From Squalus acanthias (lineage: Eukaryota): a stretch of 64,000 bases of DNA. Both the position numbers and the translations under genes were made by a program. Within the stretch, counting starts at the first letter, position 1. Each line of letters begins with the position of its first letter. Below the pieces are notes generated by a model that was not told the DNA's origin, did no database searches, and saw only the letters and a list, made by a program, of their open reading frames with translations. Of this stretch, positions 60,820 through 64,000 are shown piece by piece. The stretch covers positions 41,356,001 to 41,420,000 of the forward strand of contig CM059432.1 of NCBI GenBank assembly GCA_030390025.1, written 5' to 3'.

Positions 60820-63510
60820 CTGAATTGAGGGTAGTTATCTCAGGATTACTCCCAGTGCTACATGCTGTAGGAATAATAAGATAAATGCAAGGCTGGAGAG
60901 ACGGTGTAAGGAAGAAAATATTTAGATTCCTGGGACATTGGTGCCAGTTCTGGGGAAAAAGTGGCTTATACAAGATGAGCAAGGTTTCAACTGAACAAAG
61001 CTAGGACTAATATCTTCACTGGGAGAGTAACTAATGCTGTGGAGAAGGGTTTAAAACTTAAATGAAGGGGGGTGGGAGAAAAAAATAAGAGGAGACAGAA
61101 AGGGACAGGAGTATAAGAAAGATAAAAGAGAAAAGCAGGAAAGTTGTAAAGAACAGATCAGAAGGAGGAGGGATTAAATGAGAGGGCACAGATTTAAGGT
61201 GATTGGCAAAAAAAACAGAGGCGACATTAGGTAAAACTTTTTTACGTAACGAGTGGTTAGGATTTGGAATGCGCTGCCTGATAGGGTGGTGGATACAGCA
61301 TCGATAGTAGCCTTCAAAAGGGAATTGGATAAATACTTGAAGGAGAAAAAAAATGCAGGGATATGGGGAAAGAGCGGGGGAGTGGGACTAACTGGATTGA
61401 TCTTCGAAAGAGCTGCCGCAGACTCGATGGGCCGAATGACCTCCTTCTGTGCTGTACTATTCTATGATTCTATGAAATGGTTGCCAATCAGACAGAGGCA
61501 GGATTGAGTTGTATGCTTCTAAATCTGCAAAGTATTGTGAATAAAATTGATGAGCTAGTGGCACAAATCGCTATGGGGAGGGTATGATATAATAGCATAA
61601 ATAGAGATATGGCTTAGGCTAGGACGGGATTGGGAGTTGAACAATTTTGGCTGCAAAATATTCATGAGGGATTGGGTAGGAAAATGGGAGGAGGGATAAC
61701 AGTGTTAATCAAACATTTTGGGGTAGATCTTGACTTTGTGCGATAGTGTAAAATGGGTGATAATCATAGAAATCATAGAATCATAGAAATTTACGGCACA
61801 GAAGGAGGTCATTCAGCCCATTGTGTCTGCGCCGGTCGAAAAAGAGCTATCCAGCCTAATCCCACTTTCCAGCTCTTGGTCTGTAGCCCTGTAGGTTACG
61901 GCACTTCAAGTGCATATCCAAGTACTTCTGAAATGTGGTGAGGGTTTCTGCCTCTACCACCCTTTCGGGCAGGTAGTTCCAGACCCCCACCACCCTCTGG
62001 ATGAATAAACTTCTCCTCAACTCCCCTCTAATCCTTCTACCAGTTACTTTAAATCTGTGCCCCCTGGTTATTGACCTCTCTGGTAAGGGAAATAGGTCCT
62101 TCCTATCCACTCTATTTAGGCCCGTCATAATTTTATACATTCCTCTTCTCCCTCCCTCTCCTCCCACTCTTCTCCCCCTCCCCTTCCTCTCCCTTTCCTC
62201 TCTTTTCCTCTCCCCTCCCTCTCCTCTCGCTCTCCTCTCCCCACCCTCTCCTCTCCCTTCCTCTTTGCTCCCTTCCTCTCCTCCCTCCCTCTCTCCTCTC
62301 CCCACCCACTCCTCTCCCCACCCCCTCCTTTCCCCCTCACTTTCCTTTCCCCCTCTCTCTCCTCTCCCCTCCCTCTCCTCTCCCCCTCCCTCTCCTCTCC
62401 CCGTCCCTCTCCTATGCTGCCTCCCTCTCCTCTCCCCCTCTCCTCTTCTCCCTCTCCTCTCCCCATCCCTCTCCTCTCCCCGCCTCCTATGCTTCTTCCC
62501 TCTCCTCTGCCCCTCTCCTCTCCCCATCCCTATCCTCTCCTATGGTAACTCCCTCTCCCTCTCCTCTACACCCTCCTTCTTCCTCCCTCTCCTCTCCCCC
62601 TCTGCTCACCCCATCCCTCTCCCCCTCTACTCTCTTCCCTCCTTCTCCTCTCCCCCTCTCCTCTACCCTCCCCTCTCCTCCCTCCCCTATATACCATACA
62701 GGACAAAGCAGTCCGCTTGATTGGCAACCCATCTACCACCTTAAACATTCACCCCTCCACCACTGGCGTACCGTGGCTGCAGTGTGTACTATCTACAAGA
62801 TGCACTATAGAATCTCGCCAAGGCTTCTTCGGCAGCACCTCCCAAACCCGCGACCTCTTCCACCTAGAAGGAGAAGGGCAGTCGGCGCATGGGAACACCA
62901 CCACCTCCAAGTTCCCCTCCAAGTCACACACCATCCGGACTTAGAAGTATATCGCCGATCCTTCATCGTCGCTGTGTCAAAATCCTGGAACTCCCTACCT
63001 AACAGCACTGTGGGAGTACCTTCACCACACGGACTGCAGCGGTTCAAGAAGGCGGCTCACCACCAGCTTCTCAAGGGCAATTAGGGATGGGCAATAAATG
63101 CTGGCGTTGCCAGCGATGCCCACATCCCATAAACAAATTTTTAAAAAAAATCCTGAGGTGAGGAACTTTCATTCAAGAATGTAGCAAGGGAGGGAAAGAA
63201 AAAAATGAGTCGGCAGCCCGTTTTACATCTTTCCCGATTTTTATTACCGTGGACTTCAATGGAAATGAAAATCGGGACAGATGTAAAATTGGCTGCTGAT
63301 TCACTATCACCTGTTTTACTCTACCACACAAAGTCAAGATATACCCCATTATTACAAAACATAGCAATGATACATGGAATGGTGCAAAAGCTGAATCTCT
63401 TTGATTAGAGTTAAGGAATAATGCGGGAACTGTTACTCTATCATAGACTGTTGAACAGTTAAAAGGATTCAGAGAAAGAGATATGGGGGAGACTTTCGGG
63501 TTGAGCATGG
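60820..63510. mobile_element. Nested cluster: old CR1 5' region (+) holding a CR1 3' end (61180-61473, +) and MITE family P (61720-63347), which holds a CR1 3' end (61763-62138, -), a polypyrimidine tract and a LINE family B 3' end (62700-63150, +)
   Basis: MITE halves GGGGTAGATCTTGACTTTGTG...GGGTGATA and GAGTCGGCAGCCCG...CAAAGTCAAGATATACCCC rejoin as in 28052-28184. Confidence 0.8.
62139..62688. repeat. (CCTCT)n-like polypyrimidine tract
   Basis: Direct reading; it generates the spurious Pro/Ser/Leu-rich and Gly/Glu/Arg-rich ORFs. Confidence 0.95.
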
Positions 63511-63810
63511 AATGGGTTCGATATCAGCGGTGCGCATGCTGCACCCGCCCAAAACAGCAGTCGGGCATCCGAACCACTTTCAGGTTTGAGCCTCATTAGC
63601 ATTTCTCGGTGAGCTGCATGTGCCAAACTGGTGACGCGTTACAGCTCGCCAATCTGGTGAGGAGGAAAATCATCTGGCTGCTGCATATGGCCGGCCGATA
63701 GATACGACCTGATGAGGTGGGGAAATACAGTTGCCAGGGGTGCGATTTTAATGGGGCCAGGAGGAGTACTCCTGCACCTCTTGGCTCCACAAAATCTCTT
63801 TTAAAAACCT

Positions 63811-64000
63811 TGGGGGAAAAATTCGTTAGTGACCATTTTGGGTCGCTAACATCGCCTGGGCGCTAAATTTAGCGCCCGGCGAAAAATAGCACCGGTGATC
63901 GCTCACTTCAGTTTTAGCACCCCAAGAGGGAGGTGGAGCGCTAATTCAAGTGTTCCACTTCCTTCTTAGAGCGCTAACCTCGAATATCGGGGTGGTACAT
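63811..64000. mobile_element. Harbinger MITE family G, left end, cut by the window edge
   Basis: GGGGGAAAAATT terminus; CACCCCAAGAGGGAGG..GCGCTA shared with 20015-20040. Confidence 0.75.

Noticed and set aside
61856..62748. Long ORFs of 223 and 239 aa
   Set aside because: Artefacts of the stop-free polypyrimidine/polypurine tract joined to LINE fragments.
58699..64000. CDH17 transmembrane exon
   Set aside because: I found no phase-1 exon with the Cys-x-Cys membrane-proximal motif and a hydrophobic helix; it is presumably beyond the window.

Overview
Eukaryotic (vertebrate) genomic DNA, most likely from an elasmobranch (shark or ray), judged from HE1-like V-SINEs and SacSINE1-like Deu-SINEs. 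The window lies entirely inside one + strand gene, cadherin-17 (CDH17, LI-cadherin). I can read 14 GT-AG coding exons between 4936 and 58698 (2245 nt, about 748 codons, EC1 to the end of EC7) with consistent phases. The signal-peptide exon probably ends at base 1, and the transmembrane and cytoplasmic exons lie beyond the window. The introns are packed with transposons: CR1, L2 and a second CR1-clade LINE, several SINEs, a solo LTR, hAT MITEs, a Penelope-like tail with a degenerate hammerhead core, and a rich PIF/Harbinger set (transposase fragments, Myb/SANT-bearing 1.75-kb elements, several MITE families). Most notable: (i) a shared ACAY-NNN-RNGT target signature with variable 3-bp TSDs across the Harbinger families; (ii) Myb-retaining non-autonomous Harbingers; (iii) MITEs that keep promoter motifs and splice donors; (iv) a two-tailed fold-back LINE insertion; (v) a tRNA-like cassette at an LTR terminus; (vi) ancestral features in the CDH17 exon and protein structure. 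I found no clearly new multi-gene system, and most ORFs in the supplied track are repeat-derived. Repeat family names and comparisons to human proteins are from recall, not database searches.
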